A stretch of 64,000 nucleotides of DNA from an uncultured Gammaproteobacteria bacterium (GTDB lineage Bacteria; Pseudomonadota; Gammaproteobacteria; SZUA-229): positions 69,824 through 133,823 of the forward strand of contig CAWECN010000016.1 in the NCBI GenBank assembly GCA_963807625.1, read 5' to 3'. The stretch's first letter is position 1, and each line of letters opens with the position of its first letter. Positions 43,822 to 54,343 of the stretch are shown here, one piece after another. Position numbers and translations under genes: made by a program. The notes below the pieces were generated by a model, which saw only the letters and a program-made list of their open reading frames with translations, was not told where the DNA came from and did not search any database.

Positions 43822-46380
43822 TCAGGCACGGCCTTCCCGCAAGGTCACTACCGGCGGCGTCGTTAATACGCTCCTCGTTCCCAGGATCCCGGCGATGACT
43901 ACGATCAGGATGCCGCTGATAAAACCGGTCAATGCAACAGTGATGTCGAACTGGTAATCAAAGCGAAATATGAACACGGCGAGTAGCCAGGCTAATGATG
44001 TTGCCGCCAGGCCAGCGAGCAGACCAGACAATGCACCGAGCATGGTGAACTCAGCAAACAGGCCGAGCATCAAAACTTTTTTGCTGGCGCCCAGGGTACG
44101 TAATACGGCGCTCTCAAAACGCCTCTCATCCTGGTTGGACTGTATAGCAGCATACAGCACAGCGAGTCCTGCCAGTAAGGTAAACAGGAAGATGAACTCG
44201 ACTGCCAGTGAAACACGATCGATGATGTCGCGTACCCGCTGCATGATGGTCTCGATATCGATCAGGGTTATGTTAGAGAATTCACGTACCAGTTTATCCA
44301 GTTGCTGGCGTTGTTGTTTATCGAGGTAAACACTGGTTATCCAGTTAGCCGGTTGCTGTTCGAGCACACCCGGTGGCACGACGGTGAAAAAATTCACATT
44401 GAACGTATCCCAGTCAACACTGCGCAGGTTAGTTATGGTGAAATCGATCAAACTGCCATTGATGTCAAAACTGACTACATCGTTCACATCCAGTTTCAAT
44501 GTCTGTGCCAGCTGCGCCTCGAATGACATCAACGGTCGGCCATGATCTTCCTGCTGCCACCATCGACCCGCGACCACCTCATTGTCAGGTTGCATCTGTG
44601 AGGCCCATGAGAGATTAAATTCTCTGGTCACAAAACGTTTTGCACGTTCACTCTCGTAATCAGAGGTACTCACCTTCAAGCCATTAATCTCGACAAGACG
44701 TGCGCGTACCATGGGGTACATTTTTGTGTTCTCTACGCCCATCTCTTCGAAGTATTTTGATATGTTTGCTACCTGGTCAGACTGTACATTGATGACAAAA
44801 TAATTTGGCGCATCGTGCGGCAGGCTGCGTTGCCAGTTATCCAGCAGATCGGATCGTACCGTCGATAGTAACAGCAGCACCATGATACCCAGGCCAAAAG
44901 CCACGATCTGTATAACACTGCTGCCGGGGCGTCGCGAGATATTTGCCAGTCCGAAACGCCAGGCCACACCAACGCGTGCCCGCAGACGATTTAACAACAG
45001 GATGAGTAGATAGGCAGCAGCAGCCAGCGTTGCCAGTGTCGCCATGATGCCAGCGATGACGATACCCACCAGTTGCAGATCACCGATCTGCCAGTACAGT
45101 AGCAGCGACATACATAACACCACAGCAAGATAGACCGACCACACACTAGGCGGTCGTGTCGGCACATCCTTGCGCAGCACATGTAATGGCGGCACCCGTC
45201 GAAGTGACAGTAATGGTGGTAATGCAAACCCGATCAGCATGACGACCCCGGTTGCATAACCCAGCACCAGAGATTTCAATGAGGGTGGCGGTAATTGTCT
45301 CAATACCAGCTGATCCAGCAACTCTGTGATAACGACCTGTGTCAGCATGCCCAGTAAACAACCCACCGAACTGGCGAGTAACGACAGCCACAGCATCTCC
45401 ATCGTGAAAAGTCTGATGATAGTATCCTGTGATGCGCCCAGGCAGCGCATCATGGCGCTGGTATTAAGATGGCGCGAACTAAAACGATTTGCTACCGTCG
45501 CCACTGCCACGCCAGCGAGCAATACGCTGATCAGTGCCGCCAGTCCAAGGAACTGCTGAGCACTTCTTAATGCAGTATTGAGTTCCGGTCGACCTTCTTC
45601 AATGCTGAGCAACTGCTCACCCGCTCTCAGGCGTTTCTTGATTACATCTCGATAACTTTCGATACTGTCGCTGTCACCGGCGATCAATATTCGGTAACTG
45701 ACCAATGCGCCGATGCCGATCAAACCGGTAGCATCGAGATCTGAACTGTTCATCATCACCCGTGGTGCAACGCTGAACAGGTCACCAGCACGGTCGGGTT
45801 CATAGCGGATGAACTTACGGATGGTGAAAGTCGACGTACCAAGATCAACACTGTCGCCGATCTCAAGATCCAGTAACTGTAATAACCTTGGTTCGACCCA
45901 AAGTTCACCCGGTGCAGGTATACCCGTGGTCGCTTCATCATCGCCAAAAGCCGTATCACTGATCCTGAGCACTCCGCGTAACGGATAACCGTCGCTCACA
46001 GCCTTTACTTCAGCCAGCTGAAGACGCTCGCCGGCAAGTACCACGCTACGAAATTGCTGGGTCGTCGTTACCAGGAAATCATTCGATCGCGCCTCTGAGA
46101 TGTAATCATTAACATCAGAACGCCCAGAGGTTATCACCAGGTCACCGGCGATCAGTTCAGCTGACTGCATCTGCAGGCCACGTTCTATCCGGTCAGTAAA
46201 GAACCCTACTGCCGTGATACTGGTGACAGCGATGATAAGACCAATTGCCAGGATAGTAAGCTCACCGCCACGCCAGTCACGCCATAACATGCGCCATGAT
46301 GCATACCAGTAAAAACTGAAGCCCTGTTTATTGCCGGCCCGTTTTTGATTTGATCCAGGCACTGGCCTAAACCGCCTCAC
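43822..46380 (-). CDS. ybbP: ABC permease YbbP (FtsX-like)
   Basis: RDWRGGEL, KAVSDGYPLRG, APNYFVINVQ, LRSVDW; operon with ATPase. Confidence 0.88.
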   Translation of the reverse strand: MRRFRPVPGSNQKRAGNKQGFSFYWYASWRMLWRDWRGGELTILAIGLIIAVTSITAVGFFTDRIERGLQMQSAELIAGDLVITSGRSDVNDYISEARSNDFLVTTTQQFRSVVLAGERLQLAEVKAVSDGYPLRGVLRISDTAFGDDEATTGIPAPGELWVEPRLLQLLDLEIGDSVDLGTSTFTIRKFIRYEPDRAGDLFSVAPRVMMNSSDLDATGLIGIGALVSYRILIAGDSDSIESYRDVIKKRLRAGEQLLSIEEGRPELNTALRSAQQFLGLAALISVLLAGVAVATVANRFSSRHLNTSAMMRCLGASQDTIIRLFTMEMLWLSLLASSVGCLLGMLTQVVITELLDQLVLRQLPPPSLKSLVLGYATGVVMLIGFALPPLLSLRRVPPLHVLRKDVPTRPPSVWSVYLAVVLCMSLLLYWQIGDLQLVGIVIAGIMATLATLAAAAYLLILLLNRLRARVGVAWRFGLANISRRPGSSVIQIVAFGLGIMVLLLLSTVRSDLLDNWQRSLPHDAPNYFVINVQSDQVANISKYFEEMGVENTKMYPMVRARLVEINGLKVSTSDYESERAKRFVTREFNLSWASQMQPDNEVVAGRWWQQEDHGRPLMSFEAQLAQTLKLDVNDVVSFDINGSLIDFTITNLRSVDWDTFNVNFFTVVPPGVLEQQPANWITSVYLDKQQRQQLDKLVREFSNITLIDIETIMQRVRDIIDRVSLAVEFIFLFTLLAGLAVLYAAIQSNQDERRFESAVLRTLGASKKVLMLGLFAEFTMLGALSGLLAGLAATSLAWLLAVFIFRFDYQFDITVALTGFISGILIVVIAGILGTRSVLTTPPVVTLREGRA

Positions 46381-47062
46381 TCTCGAGCATGCTTCCGGCT
46401 TCGAGTCGAATGCGCTGCCGGCATAGTCTCGAAAGCTCTATATCATGTGTAGCCATGATCAGTGTCGTGCCGTGTTCTGAATTCAGCTCGAATAGTAACT
46501 CGATGATGCGCTTGCCGGTTTCACTATCCAGGTTGCCCGTTGGCTCATCCGCAAACAGGCAGCGCGGCCTGGTCGAAAAGGCACGCGCGATAGCACATCG
46601 TTGCTGTTCACCACCGGACAGTTGATTCGGATAATGATGCAGACGTTCCTGCAGACCAACCCGTGTCAGCAGTTCTTCAGCTGTCTGACGCGGATGCGGC
46701 GCCTGCGCCAGTTCCAGCGGCAGCATCACGTTCTCCAGCGCCGTCAGACCAAATAATAACTGGAAGTTCTGAAAAACGAATCCGACCAGTTCCGCCCTGA
46801 GTAATGCACGGCCGTCTTCATCAAAGTCATTGAGGTTATTATCATCGAGCAGGACTGCACCCTGTGTCGGTGTATCCAGCCCTGCCAGTAATCCCAGCAA
46901 GGTGGTTTTACCTGAACCTGAAGCGCCCAGTATCGCAACCGAAGTGCCCGCTTCAATCTTAAAATTGATATCATGTAGCAGAGTCAGCATCCCGTCTCGG
47001 GTTGTGACCTGCTTGCCTAGCTGACGGGCCTCAACAAAAGACCTGGAAACTTCATTCGTCAT
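46367..47062 (-). CDS. ybbA: ABC ATP-binding protein YbbA
   Basis: GASGSGKTT, LSGGEQQR, ADEPTGNLD; divergent from tesA. Confidence 0.9.
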   Translation of the reverse strand: MTNEVSRSFVEARQLGKQVTTRDGMLTLLHDINFKIEAGTSVAILGASGSGKTTLLGLLAGLDTPTQGAVLLDDNNLNDFDEDGRALLRAELVGFVFQNFQLLFGLTALENVMLPLELAQAPHPRQTAEELLTRVGLQERLHHYPNQLSGGEQQRCAIARAFSTRPRCLFADEPTGNLDSETGKRIIELLFELNSEHGTTLIMATHDIELSRLCRQRIRLEAGSMLESEAV

Positions 47063-47756
47063 GATACAAAAAAACTCCGATTACCTGTTTTCAACACTTA
47101 TTCCTGTACTGGGGTTCCTGATAATGACAAGCACCGTTGTCATAGGTTCAGGTCTGATGCTTTACCCTACTGCATATGCAGCAAGTAAAACACCGGCAAC
47201 TATTCTGGTTTTAGGTGACAGTCTCAGTGGCGCCTATGGCCTTAACGCCGATGAAGGCTGGGTAGCACTTTTACAGCAACAGGTTACCAAGCATGGCTAT
47301 AATTACAAAGTGATCAATGCCAGCGTCAGCGGTGATACCACACGAACAGGCCTTAGTCGTATCGAACCGGCACTGAAAACACATCAACCGGATATCGTCA
47401 TCATCGCACTCGGCGGTAACGATGGTCTGCGAGGGTTGCCGTTCAGTGAGATCGAAAGCAGCCTGGCCAGGATCATCGAACTTGGTCAAATGCAAGGCGC
47501 GCAGTTACTGCTGGTCGGTGTTCGACTGCCACCAAACTACGGCCAGGTCTATAATCAAAAATTTGCAGCGCTCTATCGGCGCCTGGCTGACGAATACGAA
47601 ATACCATTAGTACCGATGATACTGGAACAGGTCGCTGAAAACCGCGCACTGATGCAACAGGATGGTATACACCCAAAAGCTGAAGCACAACCACGAGTGA
47701 TGCAAAATGTCTGGACAGGTCTAAAACCGGTACTGGATCAAAATATTGCTAAATAA
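47061..47756 (+). CDS. tesA: Arylesterase/thioesterase I (SGNH)
   Basis: GDSLS, NASVSGDTT, LGGNDGLRG, DGIHP. Confidence 0.9.
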   Translation: MIQKNSDYLFSTLIPVLGFLIMTSTVVIGSGLMLYPTAYAASKTPATILVLGDSLSGAYGLNADEGWVALLQQQVTKHGYNYKVINASVSGDTTRTGLSRIEPALKTHQPDIVIIALGGNDGLRGLPFSEIESSLARIIELGQMQGAQLLLVGVRLPPNYGQVYNQKFAALYRRLADEYEIPLVPMILEQVAENRALMQQDGIHPKAEAQPRVMQNVWTGLKPVLDQNIAK

Positions 47757-47763
47757 TAGACTT

Positions 47764-47979
47764 ATGAATCGGATCAATCCAGAAAAACTGTTGTTGTCTA
47801 AATGGACCACATTGAAGCCAGTTAACAAAGAGCGGCATTTTATCGTCACCAGGCTGTTACGCAGTGATGATGAAAAGGTCATCGCTTGCGAACTGGAAGC
47901 AGTGATCAATAAAAACAGTTATGAAATCGACTGGCAACGGCTCAAAGATCCATCGAACTGGGTGATGGGATGGAAATGA
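47764..47979 (+). CDS. TIGR02450-like Trp-rich small protein
   Basis: NPEKLLLSKWT..P.NKERHF..LEAV..W..GW. Confidence 0.82.
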   Translation: MNRINPEKLLLSKWTTLKPVNKERHFIVTRLLRSDDEKVIACELEAVINKNSYEIDWQRLKDPSNWVMGWK

Positions 47980-48045
47980 GCGGCCAGGACTTATGTCACG
48001 GGTCTCTTGATCCTGGTTCGCATGATTCCGGCACGCATTATTAAG

Positions 48046-48954
48046 TTATCGATTTTCAGCCAGCTCGGTAAAGATGCGGATATAGTCATCCGTCTTGTTC
48101 ATGAAATACTCTTTTTGATCTGTTGTCGCAGCGTGCACCAGTTTTACCGTCAGTGATGCTATTACCCGTTTATTTGCTTTATCTGCATCAGACAATGCAT
48201 CTGCCTGCTCGGTATTGAATGCCTTGAAGAAAACGCGTAACCGTTCTGACTTTATCTCAGTAGCATCATCAGAATACAGGATCTCTCGAATGTTGCGCTG
48301 CCATTTTTTTCTCTGCTCCAGTCGCAGGTGGGCACTGGTATGAAACCTGTACGCGGCTTTTTCTATGTCAGCTTCCTGCTGTTCGGTTAGCTCCCCCAGC
48401 CAGCTCTCGTAATTCTCGAGCAAACTATCGGTATACTCTTCGATCAGCTCAGCTTCATCGAGATCAACATACTCATCATAAAAATCTTCATTCTTATCAT
48501 CGATACTATCGAATAATTCCTCGAGCTGCTCATCGTTGAGCAAGGGCAGTAGAACAGCCATCTCTACATTCAGTTTTACACCCAGAGGTTGCCATAACGA
48601 CTCCATAGCGGTCATATGCTGTGAGACTCGTTCCTCTGTCAGCTGTGGACCAAAGTCCTGCTGATAGTCTCGCAGCAGGTCGGCATATTGCTTTAGCTGG
48701 GTATTACGGTGCCAGTTGATGAGGACCTGCGTTCGCTGTTCGACGTGTTCCTCGAGCATGTCATCCAGTGATACCATGCCTTCGACATATGACGGGATAA
48801 GATAGTCCAGATTGTTATAGACAGACTTGAACGAACACGCGCTAATGATAACGACGAATGAAATAATGAAGATGAATTTTGAATAAAATGTACTCAAGAT
48901 TGACTTTATCGATGATCCGCGGTTACGAGTAGTCGGTCCTGCTATTGCTTTCAT
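48046..48954 (-). CDS. DUF6279-like lipoprotein
   Basis: Lipobox ISAC; YNNLDY, WHRNTQL, WLGELT. Confidence 0.72.
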   Translation of the reverse strand: MKAIAGPTTRNRGSSIKSILSTFYSKFIFIISFVVIISACSFKSVYNNLDYLIPSYVEGMVSLDDMLEEHVEQRTQVLINWHRNTQLKQYADLLRDYQQDFGPQLTEERVSQHMTAMESLWQPLGVKLNVEMAVLLPLLNDEQLEELFDSIDDKNEDFYDEYVDLDEAELIEEYTDSLLENYESWLGELTEQQEADIEKAAYRFHTSAHLRLEQRKKWQRNIREILYSDDATEIKSERLRVFFKAFNTEQADALSDADKANKRVIASLTVKLVHAATTDQKEYFMNKTDDYIRIFTELAENR

Positions 48955-49067
48955 TGCTCAACTTCTGGATTGCCCAATGCTGATAATGGCAGTTATTTTC
49001 AAAATAAGTTCAATGTCTTCTTCGTTAGACACGGCGTACGAAGATGATATTGCTAACAGATAGCGTG

Positions 49068-49859
49068 TTACCCCATCACCACGCTATCAAGCCGTGCCGA
49101 ACGTGTACCGGGTATCGGGTGATTGTCTGCATCATGATAGCTAAATACCAGCGAGTATTTAGGATCATTGGTTTGATTTGCACCGGCGACATGAAATGTC
49201 CGGCAATGGAAAAACAGCGCATCACCTGCGTTCAATTTTGCGTCTACCGCCTGATCCAGTAATTCCCGGTTTTCCGGCAGGTCATCTCGCAGGAACAGTT
49301 CGGCATCAAATCGACCACGATCGAGCTCGAGCTTGTGAGAACCCGGTATAAACTTCATACCGCCCTTCTCTGCATATTCATCACCCAGCGCCAGCCAGAC
49401 ATTGACCAGTTCAGGACGATCAAAACTCCAGTAACGCATATCCTGATGCCAGCCGGTCCTGGTGCTATAGGTCGGCATCTTGGTCATGATGCAATTATGA
49501 TGATTCTGGGTCAGTGACAGTTTATCGGTTCCGATCAACTGCTTAAGTGCTGTTACTACATCAGGATTACTGGCCCACTCGCGGAATACCTCATCACGCG
49601 CATAGGCATTCAGTAAACGTCGCGGTGTGGTACCACCGGGCGATAACTGATCTGGCGGTGCACCCGGATAAGAGAGATCAGTTTCATATTCCAGCGGACC
49701 TAAGGCAGGCGCCATAGATGATTCCACGGCTTCGATCATGCGTCGACGTAAACTCTCATCGGCAAGCCCGCGGACGATCAAGTAACCATCGCGCTTGAAC
49801 TGTTGCACCTGCAACTCAGACAGGCCTTCACTCAACACTAATTTTTGTGATTTAGACAT
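49068..49859 (-). CDS. Phytanoyl-CoA dioxygenase (PhyH) family
   Basis: FKRDGY, WHQD, WLAL, PGSH, GDALFFH...H. Confidence 0.88.
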   Translation of the reverse strand: MSKSQKLVLSEGLSELQVQQFKRDGYLIVRGLADESLRRRMIEAVESSMAPALGPLEYETDLSYPGAPPDQLSPGGTTPRRLLNAYARDEVFREWASNPDVVTALKQLIGTDKLSLTQNHHNCIMTKMPTYSTRTGWHQDMRYWSFDRPELVNVWLALGDEYAEKGGMKFIPGSHKLELDRGRFDAELFLRDDLPENRELLDQAVDAKLNAGDALFFHCRTFHVAGANQTNDPKYSLVFSYHDADNHPIPGTRSARLDSVVMG

Positions 49860-49915
49860 ATCGCTATTATAAAATCTGGAGCTTGCGCATACCAGCATTT
49901 TAAGTGCTCGAATCC

Positions 49916-50260
49916 TTATTTTTCTATCTTATTACCGTCATCGGCATCCGGTCTGTCCGCATCATCGAGCTCATATGCATCGGCGACATAAGCCGGCCCC
50001 TTCATCAAAACGACGGTGATACAGCCGATCGCAACCGTTATGACACCACTCAAGACTGCGAAAAATATCGAGATAGACAGTATGTCGATACTTATCAGCA
50101 GTTTTGATATGTCGGCCTCTGGCCTGACAAAAGGAAACAGCCGCACAAGAGCCGATAAAAAAAGTGGTATAAAAATACCAGCAGCCATAACCATAGGCAG
50201 CATTTTCAGAATACGCCATTCAAGACCTGCCGGATGATGCTGGTTATGTAACTTTCTCAT
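49916..50260 (-). CDS. Hypothetical 2-TM membrane protein
   Basis: GLEWRIL; GCITVVLMKGPAYVADAY. Confidence 0.7.
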   Translation of the reverse strand: MRKLHNQHHPAGLEWRILKMLPMVMAAGIFIPLFLSALVRLFPFVRPEADISKLLISIDILSISIFFAVLSGVITVAIGCITVVLMKGPAYVADAYELDDADRPDADDGNKIEK

Positions 50261-50324
50261 ACATATCTCTTCTGCCCTGGCGAATTTTTCAGTAGAGCTA
50301 ATAAAGTAACTCGGACGCAAGTGC

Positions 50325-50888
50325 TTAAAACTTTACCCGTCTCAGTTCGGTCTTAATCGTATCAATTACCTGTGAATCCAACGGGTCGATTGCACTTTTA
50401 TAGCTCGTGACGAACTTGCCATCACTATCGATGAGATATTTATGAAAATTCCACTGAGGGTAAGTACCAGAGACCTCAGCAAGCTTTCGATAAAAAGGGT
50501 CTGCATTACGGTAAGCAACCCGCGTCTTTTTAAACATTGGAAATTCAACACCATAGGTCAGTTTACAAAAAGATTTTATCTCTTTTTCAGTACCTGGTTC
50601 CTGATGACCGAAATCATTGGAAGGGAAACCTAAGACAACGAATCCGCTGTCTTTATATTGTGTATATAGTTTTTCCAGAGAGTCATATTGATCAGTGTAA
50701 GCGCATCGGCTGGCCGTATTAACCACTAATATCACCTTTCCCTGGTATTCTTCACACAGGTTTACCAGTTCATCTTTACCTAACTTCTTGACATTGAAAT
50801 CGAGTAACTCTGAACAGTCTTTCGCATACAGCTGCACATTAAAAAGCAAAGTCATTATTAATATAATTGATCGCATGACATACCTCAT
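50325..50888 (-). CDS. Glutathione peroxidase (Cys type, signal peptide)
   Basis: VNTASRC, LGFPSNDFGHQEPG, WNFHKYLID. Confidence 0.92.
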   Translation of the reverse strand: MRYVMRSIILIMTLLFNVQLYAKDCSELLDFNVKKLGKDELVNLCEEYQGKVILVVNTASRCAYTDQYDSLEKLYTQYKDSGFVVLGFPSNDFGHQEPGTEKEIKSFCKLTYGVEFPMFKKTRVAYRNADPFYRKLAEVSGTYPQWNFHKYLIDSDGKFVTSYKSAIDPLDSQVIDTIKTELRRVKF

Positions 50889-50910
50889 CTATCACCAATA
50901 TTGACCCGCA

Positions 50911-51774
50911 TCAGCACGGTAACTTTTCAAACGAAGTGAACCTGGTGACACCGTTGGGTAATTTACGCATACGCTTTACGCCTTCGCCGCCTAACCATAG
51001 ATCCACATTTTTCGGGATTGAATCACGCAATTCGTTTATGTTGCTGCGGATATTTTCATATTTATATGCACCGCTGAAGGTTACACCTAGAACGTCCGCA
51101 TTCAGACGGTCAACCGCTAAAACGATCTGATCAAGCGGTACCTCACCTCCAAGGTTAGTGACGTTTATATTTCGCGCTGATAACAGCGCCGCAAACATCA
51201 ACAGGCCAAGCGTATGCTCCTCTCCAGGCAGAGTAGCGAGTAAAACACGCGGTTTGCTGGTGTTTTTCTGTAATTCGGAGATCTCACTATTGAGGAAACG
51301 TGTCAGTACTTCAGACAGCAGGTGTTCTTCAAAAATCTGTAATTTTCCCTTTGCCCAACGTTCACCAACGGTATACAGCAAAGGTACGACAGTTTCAGTT
51401 ATGAATGCCTGCATTCCCTGTTGCTGATAGATCTCTGATAAAGCTGCTTCCAGCTCAGAACCATCGCTAGTCTGCAATACGGTCAAAATGTGTTCGATCG
51501 AATCACTGGTTGATGTATCCGGGTAAAGCTCTGCTTCCAGTAAATCCAGGTCCGCATCATTCAGTAATACCACTTTTCCCGGACGTAGGCCCTGGTCAAG
51601 TAGACGCCGAATACGCTGCAGGCGTCGTAATTGTCCTTCCGGATACATGCGCTCGCCTTTATCGTTACGAAGTGGCTCAGGAAAACCGTAGCGACGCTCC
51701 CAGATACGCAGTGTATCGCGCGCTATGCCGCTATCACGCTCAACGGCACCGATGGATAGGAATTCATAATTCAT
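50911..51774 (-). CDS. MerR-family cobalamin-binding photoreceptor regulator (CarH/LitR-like)
   Basis: MerR HTH TLRIWERRYG; W...EH (GERWAKGKLQIFEEH) and ExHxxG (GEEHTLG) B12 motifs. Confidence 0.88.
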   Translation of the reverse strand: MNYEFLSIGAVERDSGIARDTLRIWERRYGFPEPLRNDKGERMYPEGQLRRLQRIRRLLDQGLRPGKVVLLNDADLDLLEAELYPDTSTSDSIEHILTVLQTSDGSELEAALSEIYQQQGMQAFITETVVPLLYTVGERWAKGKLQIFEEHLLSEVLTRFLNSEISELQKNTSKPRVLLATLPGEEHTLGLLMFAALLSARNINVTNLGGEVPLDQIVLAVDRLNADVLGVTFSGAYKYENIRSNINELRDSIPKNVDLWLGGEGVKRMRKLPNGVTRFTSFEKLPC

Positions 51775-51819
51775 GACTTAACTATAACAAAAATACAAAT
51801 AAAAGCAATTTTAATGCTA

Positions 51820-51854
51820 TTTGTCCTAGACAAAAGTAAATAAATCCATATAAT
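51820..51854 (+). promoter_or_regulatory. Sigma70 promoter with overlapping palindrome (candidate LitR/CarH operator)
   Basis: TAGACA-N16-TATAAT; TTTGTC-CTA-GACAAA overlaps the -35. Confidence 0.55.
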
Positions 51855-51933
51855 GAAATCATGGGTTAACGAAATAGAGCAGTAACACCCATCGTTAGAA
51901 AGTTCAGAAAAACCATAAACCGGAGAAAAGATT

Positions 51934-52098
51934 ATGATTAATTATGAAGAACAGAATCTAGCAATCGAACAGTTTTATGATAAGGCCATACTGGCAGCGG
52001 AAGCAGAAGATATCGAAATTTTGTCTTCTGTCGTACCAGGAAGCCGACTACACGAAGTTATCCACAATCCGATAGATAGTGGAATTGATGAAGGTTAA
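51934..52098 (+). CDS. 54-aa acidic small protein: MINYEEQNLAIEQFYDKAILAAEAEDIEILSSVVPGSRLHEVIHNPIDSGIDEG
   Basis: Translated by hand; GGAG RBS; lies between the promoter and a terminator. Confidence 0.6.
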   Translation: MINYEEQNLAIEQFYDKAILAAEAEDIEILSSVVPGSRLHEVIHNPIDSGIDEG

Positions 52099-52171
52099 TC
52101 TCCCTAGTAGGGCTCTGGAATCAGCGCAAACTTCAACCTGTCACACACACTCTGTTGAAAAGCATGAGCCC

Positions 52172-52208
52172 GCCGGAGAGGGTCCTAGACCTCTCCGGTA
52201 TTTTTTTT
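52172..52208 (+). terminator. Intrinsic terminator
   Basis: ccggagagg-gtcctaga-cctctccgg followed by tatttttttt. Confidence 0.85.
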
Positions 52209-52259
52209 ACAACTATGATTAATAAAAACATTACTTAACTTTTATAAAGAGGATATAAC

Positions 52260-52478
52260 ATGCGAATTTCAACACTAGACCCTATATCGATGAATGATGT
52301 TACAGACACAGAGTCGGCACCCTATGTTATCGATGGTGACTTGAAAATTTATTTTGAATCTGAAGCAAATAAAAATGAATATCTAGATATCCCTCTCCAT
52401 GGTGCATTGAATAGTGAAGCTTTGAACAGAGTTTTTGATGATGCATCAGATAGCCCCATTACGGGTTCAATCAATTAA
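52260..52478 (+). CDS. Small YHS/TRASH-like protein lacking Cys
   Basis: GAGG RBS; DPISM...IYFESEANKNEYL. Confidence 0.6.
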   Translation: MRISTLDPISMNDVTDTESAPYVIDGDLKIYFESEANKNEYLDIPLHGALNSEALNRVFDDASDSPITGSIN

Positions 52479-52530
52479 TAGTAATACTCGCATATTTAAT
52501 AAAGCCACTAACTAGTCTAATGTAAATATT

Positions 52531-52932
52531 ATGATACTAACTATTTTTTACGACAGTTATTGCCCGCTATGCAGCGCAGAGATAAATCAGTTGAAAGCCT
52601 ACGATAGTAACAATCAACTTTCATTTGAAGATATTCACGCTGTGGATTTTGTACAGCGCTACCCATACATTGATAAGGTGGAAGCTAATAAATTATTACA
52701 TGGCCAGTTAAGTAACGGTGACATGATCTATGGCCTGGATGTGACCTGTATGGCATGGAAAACGGTCGGCAAACACCGTTGGCTATCGATATTGCGCTGG
52801 CCAGTGATACGCTGGCTTTCTGATCGAGCATATCTACTTTTTGCGCGTCATCGCAACACTATCTCCTGCCTTGTTACCGGCAAAAACAAAGATCTTAATT
52901 GCCAGAGCTGTAAAGCTAAAGTAATTGATTAG
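52531..52932 (+). CDS. DUF393/DCC1-like thiol-disulfide oxidoreductase
   Basis: FYDSYCPLC; AYLLFARHR. Confidence 0.85.
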   Translation: MILTIFYDSYCPLCSAEINQLKAYDSNNQLSFEDIHAVDFVQRYPYIDKVEANKLLHGQLSNGDMIYGLDVTCMAWKTVGKHRWLSILRWPVIRWLSDRAYLLFARHRNTISCLVTGKNKDLNCQSCKAKVID

Positions 52933-52986
52933 CTAGTCATAAAAAAATCGACACCCGTCTGTCTGTTCGTTGACAAAATACGATTA

Positions 52987-53601
52987 ATGAAATCAGAGAT
53001 TTTCACCTGTAAAGTGCGGTTATATTCATTCATGAACAGCCTTATACTGAGCACTGGACTAATCAACAGTGCGATTGCTAATGACATGAATATTCTCATT
53101 ATCGATGACCGTAGCAACAAAGATGTGACATCTAACCTTGGCACGAAATGGCAGCTGGTAACAGATGGTGTCATGGGCGGACTGTCGCAAGGCCTGTTAA
53201 CCCTGGATAACTATAAAGGCAAAAACTGTCTGCGTATGCGCGGCACTGTAACGACGGAAAACAATGGAGGGTTTGTACAGATCGCGCTGTCTCTATCAGA
53301 CCGGGGTGATTTCGATGCTTCAGCCTATAGCGGTGTCGAGATCGAAGTCGCAGGTAATAACGAACTATATAATATCCACTTTCGTACCGGTGAGCTCTGG
53401 TTTCCATGGCAGTCATACAGATCAAGTTTTACGGCCGCTAGTGACTGGCAAACTTATCGCATACCTTTTTCAGAGCTGGAAAAATATAAAACTTTCCATA
53501 AGTTTTCGCAGGACGACATCAAACGCATAGGGCTGGTTGCCATAGGACGTGAATTTCAGGCAGACCTATGTCTAGCGGACATCAGGTTCTACAATGACTG
53601 A
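52987..53601 (+). CDS. CIA30 family protein
   Basis: WQLVTDGVMGGLS, ENNGGF; start uncertain. Confidence 0.85.
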   Translation: MKSEIFTCKVRLYSFMNSLILSTGLINSAIANDMNILIIDDRSNKDVTSNLGTKWQLVTDGVMGGLSQGLLTLDNYKGKNCLRMRGTVTTENNGGFVQIALSLSDRGDFDASAYSGVEIEVAGNNELYNIHFRTGELWFPWQSYRSSFTAASDWQTYRIPFSELEKYKTFHKFSQDDIKRIGLVAIGREFQADLCLADIRFYND

Positions 53602-54343
53602 GTCTGCTGCAATCGTCATCGGTGCCGGCAGCAGTATCGGCGCTGCCCTGTGCAAGAGATGGCAACAGGATGACGCGATCAGCCATGTCTTTGCTGTTAG
53701 CAGAGAGCAAACGTTTGACCACGAACGTAGCGAGCATGCATCGATTCACAACATACGGTGCGATTACAGTGAAGCATCCATCATCGAAGCCTGCCAGGCG
53801 ATAAAAACGCTGATAGATGAAAAACATCTGGGTACGATAAGCCGGGTATGTATCTGTAATGGTATCTTACATAATGAAAATGTCTGGCCCGAAAAGCGCA
53901 TAGAAGAGCTGACCAGCGACTCCCTGATCGAAGTCTTTAGCATCAACAGTGTAACTCCCCTGCTCTGGTTGAAAGCACTAATCACACTCGTAAAAGCACC
54001 ATCTGATTGTGTCATCACGGTATTTAACGCGAGGATAGGTAGTATCGGCGATAACCGTTCCGGCGGCTGGTACAGTTACCGTGCATCAAAGGCGGCACTG
54101 AACATGCTGCTAAAAACCGCTGCCATCGAATATGCCAGGCGGGCAAAAAATGTAAAGCTGATATCGTTTCACCCCGGCACCACGGATACAGCCTTATCTA
54201 AACCCTTTCAGGGCTCTGTAAAAAAAGAGAATCTATTCACGCCTGACTTCGTTGCACAGCACCTCGTACAGATCATGAACAAGCAGAACGTAGACGGTGA
54301 ATTATCATTTATCGACTGGGAGAATAAAGCAATTGTCTGGTAA
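53594..54343 (+). CDS. SDR oxidoreductase (CsgA/C-factor-like)
   Basis: GAGSSIG, ARIGSIGDNRSGGWYSYRASK, HPGTTDTALS. Confidence 0.9.
   Translation: MTESAAIVIGAGSSIGAALCKRWQQDDAISHVFAVSREQTFDHERSEHASIHNIRCDYSEASIIEACQAIKTLIDEKHLGTISRVCICNGILHNENVWPEKRIEELTSDSLIEVFSINSVTPLLWLKALITLVKAPSDCVITVFNARIGSIGDNRSGGWYSYRASKAALNMLLKTAAIEYARRAKNVKLISFHPGTTDTALSKPFQGSVKKENLFTPDFVAQHLVQIMNKQNVDGELSFIDWENKAIVW

Noticed and set aside
50325-50888. Possible selenocysteine glutathione peroxidase
   Set aside because: Active site is a normal Cys codon; no in-frame TGA
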